IMG/VR virus record: IMGVR_UViG_3300037506_000022
Coordinates: 1 to 29,950 of that record
From: a virus
Taxonomy: Duplodnaviria; Caudoviricetes
Direction: 5' to 3' (one strand)
Length of the DNA: 29,950 nucleotides
Shown here: in pieces, positions 8,815 through 18,748 of the stretch
How the letters are laid out: each line of letters opens with the position of its first letter
Position numbering within the stretch: the stretch's first letter is position 1
Notes under the pieces: generated by a model
What the model saw: the letters and a program-made list of their open reading frames with translations, nothing else
Told to the model about the DNA's origin: nothing
Database searches by the model: none
Program-made: the position numbers and the translations under genes

Positions 8815-11568
8815 TTATGATAATAATCCATACGCTCGTAACCCATCATTAACTTGCTTCAACTTTCTAGCTAACTGGTAAATATCATCACGGATTGTTG
8901 CCGCATCATTCGCATAAACAGTGAGATCACTGTAATCTGCTATCTCATCGTCAGTCCCCCCTGCTGTCACATTATTGGTTAAATCAGCCCCTGACACTTG
9001 TTGTGTTACCGCAACCGACCCATAAAAGCCAAGCTCACTTGCAAATGGTCCAACGGTCATTACACTTGCAGCCGCATTATCACCACCAAAAAATATGTAA
9101 TCTGCTACCACGGAAATATCATTAATTGAAGGTGCGTACAAACCTTTATTAGAATTGGCTGTAAATGTTAAAGACGGATTAGCCAGACTGCCATCGGGCA
9201 ATAAGATTTCATTTAAAAATTCATGACCACCTAGTGTTGCTTCATATACCGCATTGGAATTGTCATGTGTTAATGTTAATGCCTCAAATGAAGTATCAGC
9301 TACAATAGCTACCTTACTACCTGTATTCATTTGGAACCGAATATCATCACCTGCTGTTACATTATAAAAAGAGCCAGGACGGCCTAGACCCGTACCTGTA
9401 CCAAATTCCAATAAAATTGAGCCACCATCATTATCACCTGTACCTTGTGCGTATCCTGTTTCCAATCTAATTGAGCCGCCATCATTTCCAGTAGTGGCAC
9501 TTCCACCATCACCCGCCTGCAATCTAATTCCAATTCCTATATCATCGGTTGTGGTGCCATCCGCATTATCCCCATCTGATGCCACAATATTAAATACTGT
9601 TGTGTTCTGCATTCCTATAAATGCAAATTCGTTTCTTTGTTGGTTTGCGGTATGAAATATAAATATGGGATGTGGAGAAACAAATACTCCATTATTCAAC
9701 CAATCAAATCCTATATCACCCTCATCACAAATATGTATTATTCGTGACACTTCTGGCATTCCTACAACTAACGCATCAGGCGATTGTACCGTAGAATATC
9801 CAAATGATCCTTGTGTAGTAGCTCCCCCGCCACCTAATATTAATTCTACCCCTCCATCAATATAAACATCACCACCGAATTGGCTATCACCTGTCACAAC
9901 ACGGATAGCATTTGTAGATGCCCCCTCAATATATATACCATAATTATTAGTACCTGATGTTAAATTATATATGTACAAACCATATTGATCCGTTAAGGTA
10001 AATCCACCTCCAAGATCAAACGCATTTCTAGCTTCAAAAGCTGCAAACCTTGTAATAGTTACTGCCCCACCACCTGCTAAACACCACCCCAAATGACCAA
10101 CTGCATCTGTAATTGCACCACCAAATGCAACTAGCGCCCCTCCTACCCCGATCCCTTCTGCAACTGTACCTGATGCTAACTGGATTGATCCCGCTGTGCC
10201 AACTGTTGAATCTACCGTACCACTAGTATCAATTTGAGCAAAAAAATCACCACCCATTGCAGCTGCTCCACTTATGAGAGACCCTGATTGACTAGCTGAT
10301 CCATTCAATAATACGCTACCATTAATAGTACGTATCCCCCCTGTATGTGTATTAGAACTAATTACCTCTTGTCCTTCAATACCTATCCTTTCTGTTGCAT
10401 CACCTGATGCACTCCTAATTTGTTGCAAATAAAAAATATTCTCCATCCCACCGTTATCTGTCACAACAATATTACTATCTTGCACTAATGTACCCGTAAC
10501 ACCATCCCATCGTACAATCGTATTATCTACTGAACTACCTGGGCCGCTCACATTGCCACCTCCGCCAGATGCTAATTCATCTATTGCTGCCTGTACATTC
10601 TCTGCCGTCAAACCAGAACCACCATTGTCATAAAATGTACCCACGGCTGACTCCCGTAATGATGGTTGATTTGCTGGGAACGCTAAACCTGTTAATGTCG
10701 CATTATCAAAAAAAGTTGAGTACGATATATTATCCATACTCCATATCAAATTTGTATTGTTGTTTATATCAAAATCAAAAGGCTGTAAAAATACAACATT
10801 CCTAAATACATTCTCAAAAGAATTAAAATTCTGGTATGTTACATCTACAAAATAAATATCTGAATTGAAAAATCTGTAAAATGCTCGTATATCTACGGAT
10901 GTATCAATACTCAATATGTCTTGTTGTACTGATAGAATTGCAGCAGGCGCATCAAGAACTGAAAAATATTGTTCAGTATTATAAAATGTTAATGAAGCAT
11001 CATCAATGTTACTTGCAATAGATATTGTGGATGAATCAGCCTTATAACAGCCCATAATAAAAGTAAAACCTGTAGTTGCCCCACCTGTTGAGGTTACGGT
11101 AATGTCTCCGTCCTGTTGCATCCACGACCACTCTAGCGTGGAAAATAATGTCATTTCTGGGTAATAACTAGCTGACCCAAACTTTTCTGCGTCCACAATA
11201 TCCAAGGTGATACCACCTGTAATAAAACATCCATTGCCTATAAGTTGTATTCTACGAGTATACCAAGTTAAAGCCTCATTGTATGTTTCAGTATCTAAAA
11301 CAATAATCTGATTCAACGCTTCAAACTCAGCTAAATTAGTTGCAACTCCAATTGCGTCTAGTGCATCCTGAATAAACTCAAACGGTGCATTCGCTGAACC
11401 GTCTCGTGTGCCTGTCACTGTTGCTTTCGAGACATAAAAAGTGTTTGGTATAACTGGACTTGCCCCACCTCCTCCACCAATAACTACAGCCCTAATCGCT
11501 GTATTACCACTACCATCGTCTACAAACTTTTGATATTCCCTATCTTTCCTACTTCTTGGTAATGCCAT
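8815..11568 (-). CDS. Large fibre/spike protein (head fibre or tail spike), 917 aa
   Basis: Mosaic of fibre motifs: FYVS...DGSANAPFEFIQDALDA beta-helix cap, GLTAENVQAAIDEL, VSGPGSSVDNTIVRWDGVTG, LPDGSLANPSLTF; C-terminal coiled coil ending LRAYGLLS as in head-fibre proteins. Confidence 0.7.
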   Translation of the reverse strand: MALPRSRKDREYQKFVDDGSGNTAIRAVVIGGGGGASPVIPNTFYVSKATVTGTRDGSANAPFEFIQDALDAIGVATNLAEFEALNQIIVLDTETYNEALTWYTRRIQLIGNGCFITGGITLDIVDAEKFGSASYYPEMTLFSTLEWSWMQQDGDITVTSTGGATTGFTFIMGCYKADSSTISIASNIDDASLTFYNTEQYFSVLDAPAAILSVQQDILSIDTSVDIRAFYRFFNSDIYFVDVTYQNFNSFENVFRNVVFLQPFDFDINNNTNLIWSMDNISYSTFFDNATLTGLAFPANQPSLRESAVGTFYDNGGSGLTAENVQAAIDELASGGGGNVSGPGSSVDNTIVRWDGVTGTLVQDSNIVVTDNGGMENIFYLQQIRSASGDATERIGIEGQEVISSNTHTGGIRTINGSVLLNGSASQSGSLISGAAAMGGDFFAQIDTSGTVDSTVGTAGSIQLASGTVAEGIGVGGALVAFGGAITDAVGHLGWCLAGGGAVTITRFAAFEARNAFDLGGGFTLTDQYGLYIYNLTSGTNNYGIYIEGASTNAIRVVTGDSQFGGDVYIDGGVELILGGGGATTQGSFGYSTVQSPDALVVGMPEVSRIIHICDEGDIGFDWLNNGVFVSPHPIFIFHTANQQRNEFAFIGMQNTTVFNIVASDGDNADGTTTDDIGIGIRLQAGDGGSATTGNDGGSIRLETGYAQGTGDNDGGSILLEFGTGTGLGRPGSFYNVTAGDDIRFQMNTGSKVAIVADTSFEALTLTHDNSNAVYEATLGGHEFLNEILLPDGSLANPSLTFTANSNKGLYAPSINDISVVADYIFFGGDNAAASVMTVGPFASELGFYGSVAVTQQVSGADLTNNVTAGGTDDEIADYSDLTVYANDAATIRDDIYQLARKLKQVNDGLRAYGLLS

Positions 11569-11594
11569 ATAATAAAATTATACAATTAATAAAA

Positions 11595-11792
11595 TTACAC
11601 CGAACTAAGAACAATAGCGGTATTACCAAAATCATCCTCAACAAATTTATTGTATTCCAAATCATCAATACTTTCAGCTAAAGCTGATGATGTATTTGAA
11701 GCAGTAGTTAATACTACACGGATGGCAACATTACCAGAATCCTCTATAAACTTAGATTGTTCTAGGTCTCCTATATTGCGAGGTATAGCCAT
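11595..11792 (-). CDS. Small virion-associated protein made of two ~25-aa repeats, 65 aa
   Basis: Internal repeat DLE.xKF.ED..GN.AI, also present at the N-terminus of the 917-aa fibre. Confidence 0.7.
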   Translation of the reverse strand: MAIPRNIGDLEQSKFIEDSGNVAIRVVLTTASNTSSALAESIDDLEYNKFVEDDFGNTAIVLSSV

Positions 11793-11838
11793 GTTATCAA
11801 CAGATTATCCCCCGCCATTTATATATATATTACCTTAT

Positions 11839-12336
11839 TTACTCTTCACCGTCTAGTATTTTTTTAAGCTCACTATATGCTGCTCGTTGTTCTTTATTTA
11901 AATTCAACCATCCAATCTCTTTTAACTCATTAAACTGTTCAACCATAGTAGGAGTTGCAGTAGGTCTCACACCTACCACATTATCATCTGCACTAACTAC
12001 AACATTATCATCTTGTTGCTTATCACTTACTTCCGCATGTGGTAGTGCCTTAGAAAGTTGAGTAAGTGCATTTGCTAATTGTTGTTTTTCGCTAGGTTTC
12101 CTTTTTTTATTCTTGCGTACATCTTTAGATAGATCATCCGCTACTAACTGGTTATCAGTATGAGTATATCCCCTCTGCAAAGCATCCATAACAATCCTGC
12201 CTTGCACTGGCACAATGCGACCATACTTATTTTTCATCCAATAATAACCATTGTTAATATTATTCTCTGGTGTATTCTCTGCTATCCTATCAGACGGCAA
12301 AGTGTTGTAAAAATTTGCAACTGCAACATGATTCAT
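11839..12336 (-). CDS. Hypothetical protein, 165 aa
   Basis: Co-oriented ORF filling the gap after the capsid gene terminator. Confidence 0.65.
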   Translation of the reverse strand: MNHVAVANFYNTLPSDRIAENTPENNINNGYYWMKNKYGRIVPVQGRIVMDALQRGYTHTDNQLVADDLSKDVRKNKKRKPSEKQQLANALTQLSKALPHAEVSDKQQDDNVVVSADDNVVGVRPTATPTMVEQFNELKEIGWLNLNKEQRAAYSELKKILDGEE

Positions 12337-12348
12337 ATATTTAGTATT

Positions 12349-12384
12349 AAAAACTATTGTCTCCTCACCATTATAGATGAGGAG
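12349..12384 (-). terminator. Rho-independent terminator after the major capsid gene
   Basis: Stem CTCCTCA (12361-67)/TGAGGAG (12378-84), followed on the minus strand by ACAATAGTTTTT. Confidence 0.6.
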
Positions 12385-12394
12385 TGAATAATTG

Positions 12395-13270
12395 TTAAGA
12401 CCGAAGTTCTACACCTGCATTATCTCTAAGCTCAACCACACCATACAAAATATCTACAACTGTAAGCCAGCCTAAATATTCTAATTTGTATTCGGATTGC
12501 ACTCTAGGACTTTGCTGTACAGCAGCAGCCAACGCATCCTTATGAAAGAACATGTTGGAGATATTGTTACCTGACTTAGCAATTTGAGTAGTCATATACA
12601 CGCCTGCATTATACAACATACCAACCAAACCATCTGGACGAATTTGAGTACCATTACCAACTGTACCCATTGCAAATCCACCAGCATAGCCAGTTCCATC
12701 ATATCTTGTGTAATCATCTATATCTCGTAGATCACGCACTGCTTCAGGTCGAAGCACCCAACACCTATCATTTTGTGGAACATCAGCAAGATCAAGCAAT
12801 TCAACTGCATCTAATAACGCATCTTCTGTTAAGGCGGTGTTATACGCTCCAGCACTTTGAGAGAACCCAGTAGCAAGATTTGCCAGATCAGTGTCTAATG
12901 CTTTTCGTACCGCATAACCAGCTTTGCTAGTATATTCAGACATTAAATTTACATTCGATTGTGCTTTCAACATATCCTCAACTAGGAACGCTGCATACTT
13001 CCACTTATTAATATTAAGTGTTACTTGACTTTCTGTCGGGTCTTGTAGTGCAACTTGTGTGTTCGGCACTTTGTCGAATGCTGCAAGATTAGAAATGGTA
13101 TTCATTTTGATTGACTGACCATACTGTGAAACCTCCGAATCTCTTGAACGGTTTACTTTGCCGCCCAATACCAGATTAGCCTCAAACGCTCTTATAACTT
13201 CTTTTGACCACAACTCTGGTCTAAATATATTATGAGAGACCGTGGTCATATCATTGACTCCTAAGCTCAT
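12395..13270 (-). CDS. Major capsid protein (HK97 fold, P22-coat-like), 291 aa
   Basis: FRPELWSKEV, GQSIKMNT, TLNINKWKYAAFLVED, LLDLADVPQNDRCWVL, FHKDALAAA, DILYGVVELR motifs; located in the head module. Confidence 0.9.
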   Translation of the reverse strand: MSLGVNDMTTVSHNIFRPELWSKEVIRAFEANLVLGGKVNRSRDSEVSQYGQSIKMNTISNLAAFDKVPNTQVALQDPTESQVTLNINKWKYAAFLVEDMLKAQSNVNLMSEYTSKAGYAVRKALDTDLANLATGFSQSAGAYNTALTEDALLDAVELLDLADVPQNDRCWVLRPEAVRDLRDIDDYTRYDGTGYAGGFAMGTVGNGTQIRPDGLVGMLYNAGVYMTTQIAKSGNNISNMFFHKDALAAAVQQSPRVQSEYKLEYLGWLTVVDILYGVVELRDNAGVELRS

Positions 13271-13309
13271 TGTAAAAGATTGTTAAAAAATTAATCCCCG
13301 CCTTTTACG

Positions 13310-13723
13310 TTATCCCAAATCTTCCTCGACTGGGATGGTTACTCGCAAAGTTCCAGTGGTTGTACCACCAGTTCCTTGTGTAGTTAGATTAACTATCAAG
13401 TCTGTACCTGCGGTAAAATGATAAATTCCTTGCGGTGCATTTGTAGAATCTACAGTAATCTGTAAACTATCACCGATAGCCCGTGCTGTAGCTGGTGTAC
13501 CTGTTGTAAATGTACCCAATGCAACGGCACCTGAGCCTGGATTAGCTTGAACAGTTACGATACCAGCAGTTGTGGAAAAACCTCCACCCGCAACTGCTTC
13601 TTCAAATGTACCTACAATTTGAGCAACTTCTACATATCCATCACCTATTGTTTGATATGTATACACTGCACCTGTAGCTGCACTCAAATCAACAACCGCT
13701 TCTGCAACCTTATTTGATCTCAT
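13310..13723 (-). CDS. Putative capsid decoration/cement protein, 137 aa
   Basis: Small, G/T/A/V-rich, all-beta-like sequence; lies between scaffold and capsid genes. Confidence 0.5.
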   Translation of the reverse strand: MRSNKVAEAVVDLSAATGAVYTYQTIGDGYVEVAQIVGTFEEAVAGGGFSTTAGIVTVQANPGSGAVALGTFTTGTPATARAIGDSLQITVDSTNAPQGIYHFTAGTDLIVNLTTQGTGGTTTGTLRVTIPVEEDLG

Positions 13724-13742
13724 GTTAAAACAAAGTTAAATA

Positions 13743-14420
13743 TTAATTCACACCATACGATTTAAGTATAGCGTCACGGTGTTTTTCATACTCAGCAGGT
13801 GACATTTTGCGGATAGCTTCCGCTGTAAATGTATTTGCCTGCTTCGCATTACCAACCACTTTATTTTTAACAACCACTTTCTTACCGCTTAGTTTCTCTA
13901 TCAGTGGCTTAAACTTAACATTATATAAAGAATCCAATGTATACTCTTTATATTTCGTCGTAGCCAATTCAATAAACTGCTCGGCTAATTCTGGGTACTC
14001 AGCTAGTACAGGGTGTTTAGACGTATATTGTTGTACGGCTGTATAATCAGCCGCAGCATCATATTCATCTAAAGCCTCTTCTGTTTCCACCACCTCATCT
14101 TGAGCAAGATCGCGCTGTAAAACTAGCTCAGCTAACCTATCCATCTTTTCATCTGGATCAAGGTTTTTAAATTCAGCTTTTGTTTGTTCAGCTTTAATCT
14201 GTGCCTCAACGGCTTTGAGCTTTTGTGCTGCTTGTGTAGCACTCTTTTGCAATTCCTTATATGCACGCTCTGCTTCCGCAAGTGAGGGGAAACTCCTACC
14301 TGCAAATGTCACACTAACAGGCGTTTCGTCTTGGGTGTCCGCATTTCCCTCTGTCTCCTCAACGGATACAGTTTCTTCTTCCGAAATTTGCGGGGCCTCC
14401 ACATCAACGGTATTGTCCAT
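13743..14420 (-). CDS. Capsid scaffolding protein, 225 aa
   Basis: Acidic N-terminus, FAGRSFPSLAEAERAYKELQ coiled coil, C-terminal IRKMSPAEYEKHRDAI coat-binding-like helix. Confidence 0.8.
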   Translation of the reverse strand: MDNTVDVEAPQISEEETVSVEETEGNADTQDETPVSVTFAGRSFPSLAEAERAYKELQKSATQAAQKLKAVEAQIKAEQTKAEFKNLDPDEKMDRLAELVLQRDLAQDEVVETEEALDEYDAAADYTAVQQYTSKHPVLAEYPELAEQFIELATTKYKEYTLDSLYNVKFKPLIEKLSGKKVVVKNKVVGNAKQANTFTAEAIRKMSPAEYEKHRDAILKSYGVN

Positions 14421-14456
14421 TGTACATTTGGTTAAAAATTACAGTGTTGAAAAACA

Positions 14457-14789
14457 CTAGCCTACTTCAGCCGGCGAGGTGGTGGACTGAAGTAGAGTAA
14501 TATCTTCCAACTCTTTATAGTTTTGAAATAATGCAATCAAGTCACGATACACCGCAAGTCTAGCTTGTGAGCGTATTTGTGTTGCTGTATCTGTAGATAA
14601 CTCTAGGATGTCTCTTTGTGCCTCAATCTTCGCTTCCAAATACTCAACCAACACTTGAAATTGTGGAGTCGCCATAACAATACCCATCTCCTGTTTCACT
14701 CTAGCAAACTCGTTTTCTACAACAATATCGGGTTGCATATCTTGTAGTAACTTTTTTCGTTTCTTTAGATTAAAAAAATATTTAAACAT
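14457..14789 (-). CDS. Small helical protein downstream of portal (Bbp19-like position), 110 aa
   Basis: TPQFQVLVEYL...RSQARL pattern; position between portal and scaffold. Confidence 0.6.
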   Translation of the reverse strand: MFKYFFNLKKRKKLLQDMQPDIVVENEFARVKQEMGIVMATPQFQVLVEYLEAKIEAQRDILELSTDTATQIRSQARLAVYRDLIALFQNYKELEDITLLQSTTSPAEVG

Positions 14790-16644
14790 TCAATCTTTGA
14801 GTTAGGGATTGCATTAATGCGTCATCTGACGACATATCTGGCGTACTAAATGCGTCAATATTTGGCGCACTAAGATTACCCCCTGGTTTTTGTTTTTGTG
14901 TTTGTGTTGGAGGTTGTATTAATTTATCCACATCAGTACCTGGAAATGTCCGCATAATATCTTTATAAATCATTGCCATATCAATTGGCACTCCAGCCTG
15001 ACTATACTTCAGCGCAATCTCGGCCTTAGCCAGTGCTTCATCTCTCTGATTATATACTGAATCATAAGATGTAGAATCAGCTAATATAGCAACATCAAAA
15101 AAATCATTAAAAGAATCAAACTGTTCCTTAGCAATTTTATAAAATTTAGAAGTCGCTTTATCTGCTATCACTGGGTCTTGTGTGGCTCTTAACGATGTCA
15201 TCACTAACATCTTCTGTCCCAGTCGTGCCAATGATCTCTCCAAATTAGACTTATAATATTTAAATCGTGAACTAAATTCAGCGTATCTAATCTTTTGCCC
15301 CGTAGCTAAATTAGTAAACCCACTTTGACTACTATCTTGTGCAGTATCTAATGTACCCGTTGCGGTTTGCATTTCTGTATTTAATGCTTGTGTTTCGTTA
15401 AAACTAGATGATGTAACATCTGGTGTATCCAATGGACGGATAGAATCAAATGCGTCCACATCTATAATCTGGCCTGGTAAACTCTTCAACTTGCGCGGAT
15501 CGACTCCTGACCCTCTACGCAACATCCACATCCTATTAATAACAAGTGATATATTATCATATCTTTGATTTCTTGTAAGATTATATCCTTTATGCAAATC
15601 CAATATTGGACTTAATGCACCAACACCGACTGCCTGATTAGGTATTTTAGATGGTGTAAATTTCTCAAATGGTATAAACGGAATCTCTTTGCACTCCAAC
15701 ACCACCGCATCATTTATTACCCCCAGTTGTACTAATATCTCATCTTCATCATCAGGGTTAAGTTTAACATACCCATAATATGTTTTAACATTTACATATG
15801 GGTCTATGGGATTAGAGTCGGACGGTATTCCTTGAGCGGTAAACTTTTCGGTTTGTTTTGAATCAATTACAACTTGACTATTAGATCGAATACCTTCCAA
15901 CCATTCAACCGCCTCCTTATAATATAACTCTTTATTCCGCAATAAATCGCCCACATAAACACGCTCATCATTTTCAATTACCGCTCTCATATCATCCACA
16001 AATTCAATGCGTGGATCAAAGTACATAGCCAATGTGTCTACCACCTCGAAAGTTGGATACTCTAAAAATATTTCTTCAACTTCTTTAACAATTTGTTGAT
16101 CATCATCTCTATCTAAAACCTCTTTACGTTTCCGTGTCTTTTGAACAAAATCAACCTTAGCCCAACCAATATTCATCACTAAACCATTCACACTCCAACT
16201 ATCCAATTTCTCCTGACAATTTCCCAAATTCCAAATATAATGTAGATATAATTGTGCAACTTCTGCATCTTTAAAAATCTGCTGTTTATCTGTTGCTAAT
16301 TGCTCTTGTTGTATACTTGATAATCCACCTTCTATCTCTGGTTGTGGTATTGGTTCTCTTGATATAACCAATGGTGTAATAACCCACTTAGGCTCATTTG
16401 CAACCATACGTGGTGCAATTCTTTGTAGGTGTTCATATAGTTTAGGGAAAAATAAACTGCTTCTCCCGATACCACGATCAAATTTAAATACAAAAGTATT
16501 CTCAAAAACCTCTAACATTCTTTCACGCAACTGTTCAAGTTGAGTACGGAAATACTCAAAAGAACTTGAAACTTGACCAATTAATTGACCTTTTTGTACT
16601 TCGGTTATTTTTAAATTATCGCTGAAGTATGCCACTAAATTCAT
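14782..16644 (-). CDS. Portal protein, 620 aa
   Basis: Size, position after terL, motifs GWAKVDF, MYFDP, IPFEKF...GVGAL, NQRYDNI, TNLATG; Q/P-rich tail. Confidence 0.85.
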   Translation of the reverse strand: MNLVAYFSDNLKITEVQKGQLIGQVSSSFEYFRTQLEQLRERMLEVFENTFVFKFDRGIGRSSLFFPKLYEHLQRIAPRMVANEPKWVITPLVISREPIPQPEIEGGLSSIQQEQLATDKQQIFKDAEVAQLYLHYIWNLGNCQEKLDSWSVNGLVMNIGWAKVDFVQKTRKRKEVLDRDDDQQIVKEVEEIFLEYPTFEVVDTLAMYFDPRIEFVDDMRAVIENDERVYVGDLLRNKELYYKEAVEWLEGIRSNSQVVIDSKQTEKFTAQGIPSDSNPIDPYVNVKTYYGYVKLNPDDEDEILVQLGVINDAVVLECKEIPFIPFEKFTPSKIPNQAVGVGALSPILDLHKGYNLTRNQRYDNISLVINRMWMLRRGSGVDPRKLKSLPGQIIDVDAFDSIRPLDTPDVTSSSFNETQALNTEMQTATGTLDTAQDSSQSGFTNLATGQKIRYAEFSSRFKYYKSNLERSLARLGQKMLVMTSLRATQDPVIADKATSKFYKIAKEQFDSFNDFFDVAILADSTSYDSVYNQRDEALAKAEIALKYSQAGVPIDMAMIYKDIMRTFPGTDVDKLIQPPTQTQKQKPGGNLSAPNIDAFSTPDMSSDDALMQSLTQRLNV

Positions 16645-16666
16645 AGATTGTCCCCGCCTATTGATA

Positions 16667-17065
16667 TTATTCTATCAGATGTTTATGTTTTTGCAAATAC
16701 CATTTCGTTTTATCTTCCATCTCATCGGCCTCTCTCTCCTTTAGTTGATGTGCGGATTGTTGTGCCTCTACCTTGTTATAATCAATACCAGTAGATTTAC
16801 CCATAATATATAACCAATTAATCGCTTCGTAGGGAAACATACGCCTATACACATCAACCGTACTATGAGCGTTGAATTTAACTACACATCCTGGACAATC
16901 ATGCCGCCCCATATAATCCACCTCCATCTTTTGTCTATTTATTTGATTAGCCCCTCGATACCACAATCGCTTTTGTTGTTTGCATATCTTACAAAATCCC
17001 AACCAGTTACAAGTTATATCTTTACCACGAAATGGTATTGCATCCAATTTAAACTGGCTCACCAT
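16667..17065 (-). CDS. Hypothetical Zn-binding protein, 132 aa
   Basis: CKIC and CPGC pairs; start overlaps the terL stop. Confidence 0.6.
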   Translation of the reverse strand: MVSQFKLDAIPFRGKDITCNWLGFCKICKQQKRLWYRGANQINRQKMEVDYMGRHDCPGCVVKFNAHSTVDVYRRMFPYEAINWLYIMGKSTGIDYNKVEAQQSAHQLKEREADEMEDKTKWYLQKHKHLIE

Positions 17066-18464
17066 AAGAATTATAATTTAAAATATTCATATCAGATAGG
17101 TACTCAAGGCCTGACGGTGGAGTTCGTGGAGATGTTAGGTTAAGGATTTTCAATTCATCACACATTTGGATTGCGTCAATAATATCATCATGCTTGCCCG
17201 CTGGAAACGCTAACAACTCAGACTCTAGCTCAAGCATTGATTTATGATGAATAATTTTACCATCTCGCCATCGTGGTACTAATCTTTGTATTTTCACTTC
17301 TTTTGCTGCTCGCTGTTTAATTTCCTGTAATTGTCCTGTTAGTCCTTCGTTCAACATACGCTCACGTAAATAGAATCCAATCACCGTTTGAGCTGCAATT
17401 GCTTCTACTCCAATTGTGTGTGGTTTCCATTTTTTAATATGTAGAACAATTTTATCTTGCAATTCTGCTGGATCAAATCGTCCTCTTGTATATTCACATA
17501 TATACCAAGTTGCATCTTTAATACCAATTGTTACCACTACAGAATAATCGGAATTTTCCTTTTGTGTAAACGCCGAATCCACAAGTGTGACATAATATAG
17601 GTCGCCTGGCAACTGTTCCCAATAACGAAACCACTCAGGATGGAAAACCCCATCCTCCTGAACTGTAGGTTGCTGTTGGTATAAACTCCACCAATCACGA
17701 GCAGAAATCGCACCTTGGATTCTCGTCAATGCTGCTGTGTCGTATTTGGCTGGCCATAATGGCTCACCACATTTTCTGTGCATTTCATCCACCATAGCAA
17801 TTGCGGGTAAATCTATGTGTTCCCACCCTTCCTGTTCCAACAAGCGACCAGCTACATCATCAGTGTGCCAACGTGTTTGTATTAACACGATTGCCCCTCC
17901 CTTCTCCAATCTAGTATATGCGGTCGAAGTGAACCAATCATATATTTTATCTCGGTACGATTGGCTATCCGCTTCTTCTTTGTTTTTGATTGGATCATCA
18001 ATCAATAAACAATTGGCTCCTAATCCAGTTAATGTACCACCCACCCCACTAGCTACATATACCCCACCTTCTTTCGTATGAAATCTATTCTGTGCTTGTG
18101 AATCTTCTGCTAACTCAACATCAAACATTTTTGTGTATACTGGCTCTTTGAGTATATCTCTAACAGCACGCCCAAATTTTCTTGCCAATTCTTCATTATA
18201 CGAAACAGATATGATTTGGCGGTGTGGATATTGCCCTAAATACCATGCGGGAAATCCTATTGTAGCTAATGTGGTTTTCCCGTGTCTCGGCGGTACAGTA
18301 ATTATCAATCTATCTATTTCACCTCTAGCAACCGCTTCAAGTTTAGTGGCAATAAGATGATGATGCCAATTTGGTGTGTAATTTTTATTTAAAAGCGTGA
18401 CAAAATGAATTAAGTTAGCTCGTGCAACTGTTAAGATTGCTCGATCAATTTCCGTTAAGTTCAT
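17049..18464 (-). CDS. terL: Terminase large subunit, 471 aa
   Basis: Walker A VPPRHGKT, Walker B LLIDDPIK, QTRWHTDD, LYQQQP, RNase H-like VDSA and FPAGKHDDIIDA. Confidence 0.95.
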   Translation of the reverse strand: MNLTEIDRAILTVARANLIHFVTLLNKNYTPNWHHHLIATKLEAVARGEIDRLIITVPPRHGKTTLATIGFPAWYLGQYPHRQIISVSYNEELARKFGRAVRDILKEPVYTKMFDVELAEDSQAQNRFHTKEGGVYVASGVGGTLTGLGANCLLIDDPIKNKEEADSQSYRDKIYDWFTSTAYTRLEKGGAIVLIQTRWHTDDVAGRLLEQEGWEHIDLPAIAMVDEMHRKCGEPLWPAKYDTAALTRIQGAISARDWWSLYQQQPTVQEDGVFHPEWFRYWEQLPGDLYYVTLVDSAFTQKENSDYSVVVTIGIKDATWYICEYTRGRFDPAELQDKIVLHIKKWKPHTIGVEAIAAQTVIGFYLRERMLNEGLTGQLQEIKQRAAKEVKIQRLVPRWRDGKIIHHKSMLELESELLAFPAGKHDDIIDAIQMCDELKILNLTSPRTPPSGLEYLSDMNILNYNSYGEPV

Positions 18465-18717
18465 TTTGCACTGACTTTAATATTTTCTGTGCTTGTTCTA
18501 ACTCAAATAATTTCGTGCCATTAATACCAGTTAATTCAGTCCGTGCCATTCTTGGTTTGTGAAATTCCATCGCATTAAGAGCTGCATCTATATAAGCTTT
18601 TCCTTCCAACTTCATCATCTCTTCCCTAAATTTAGTTAAACCAGTCGTCAACATAAACTCTGCGAACTTCTCCCATTCTAAACTTCTTTCATTTTTTGAA
18701 CCAACAGGTCTTGCCAT
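18445..18717 (-). CDS. terS: Terminase small subunit, 90 aa
   Basis: ARPVGSKN N-terminus, RTELTGING motif; overlaps the terL start. Confidence 0.7.
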   Translation of the reverse strand: MARPVGSKNERSLEWEKFAEFMLTTGLTKFREEMMKLEGKAYIDAALNAMEFHKPRMARTELTGINGTKLFELEQAQKILKSVQNELNGN

Positions 18718-18748
18718 AATAGATATATGTTATTTACTAGACAAATTA

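Noticed and set aside
14443-14458. AGTGTT-GAAA-AACACT hairpin upstream of the scaffold gene
   Set aside because: Short AT-rich stem without a clear U-tract; function cannot be supported
613-18360. Plus-strand ORFs opposite structural genes (e.g. 613..1131, 1609..2073, 4221..4601, 17737..18081)
   Set aside because: Antisense shadows of well-supported minus-strand genes with no recognisable motifs
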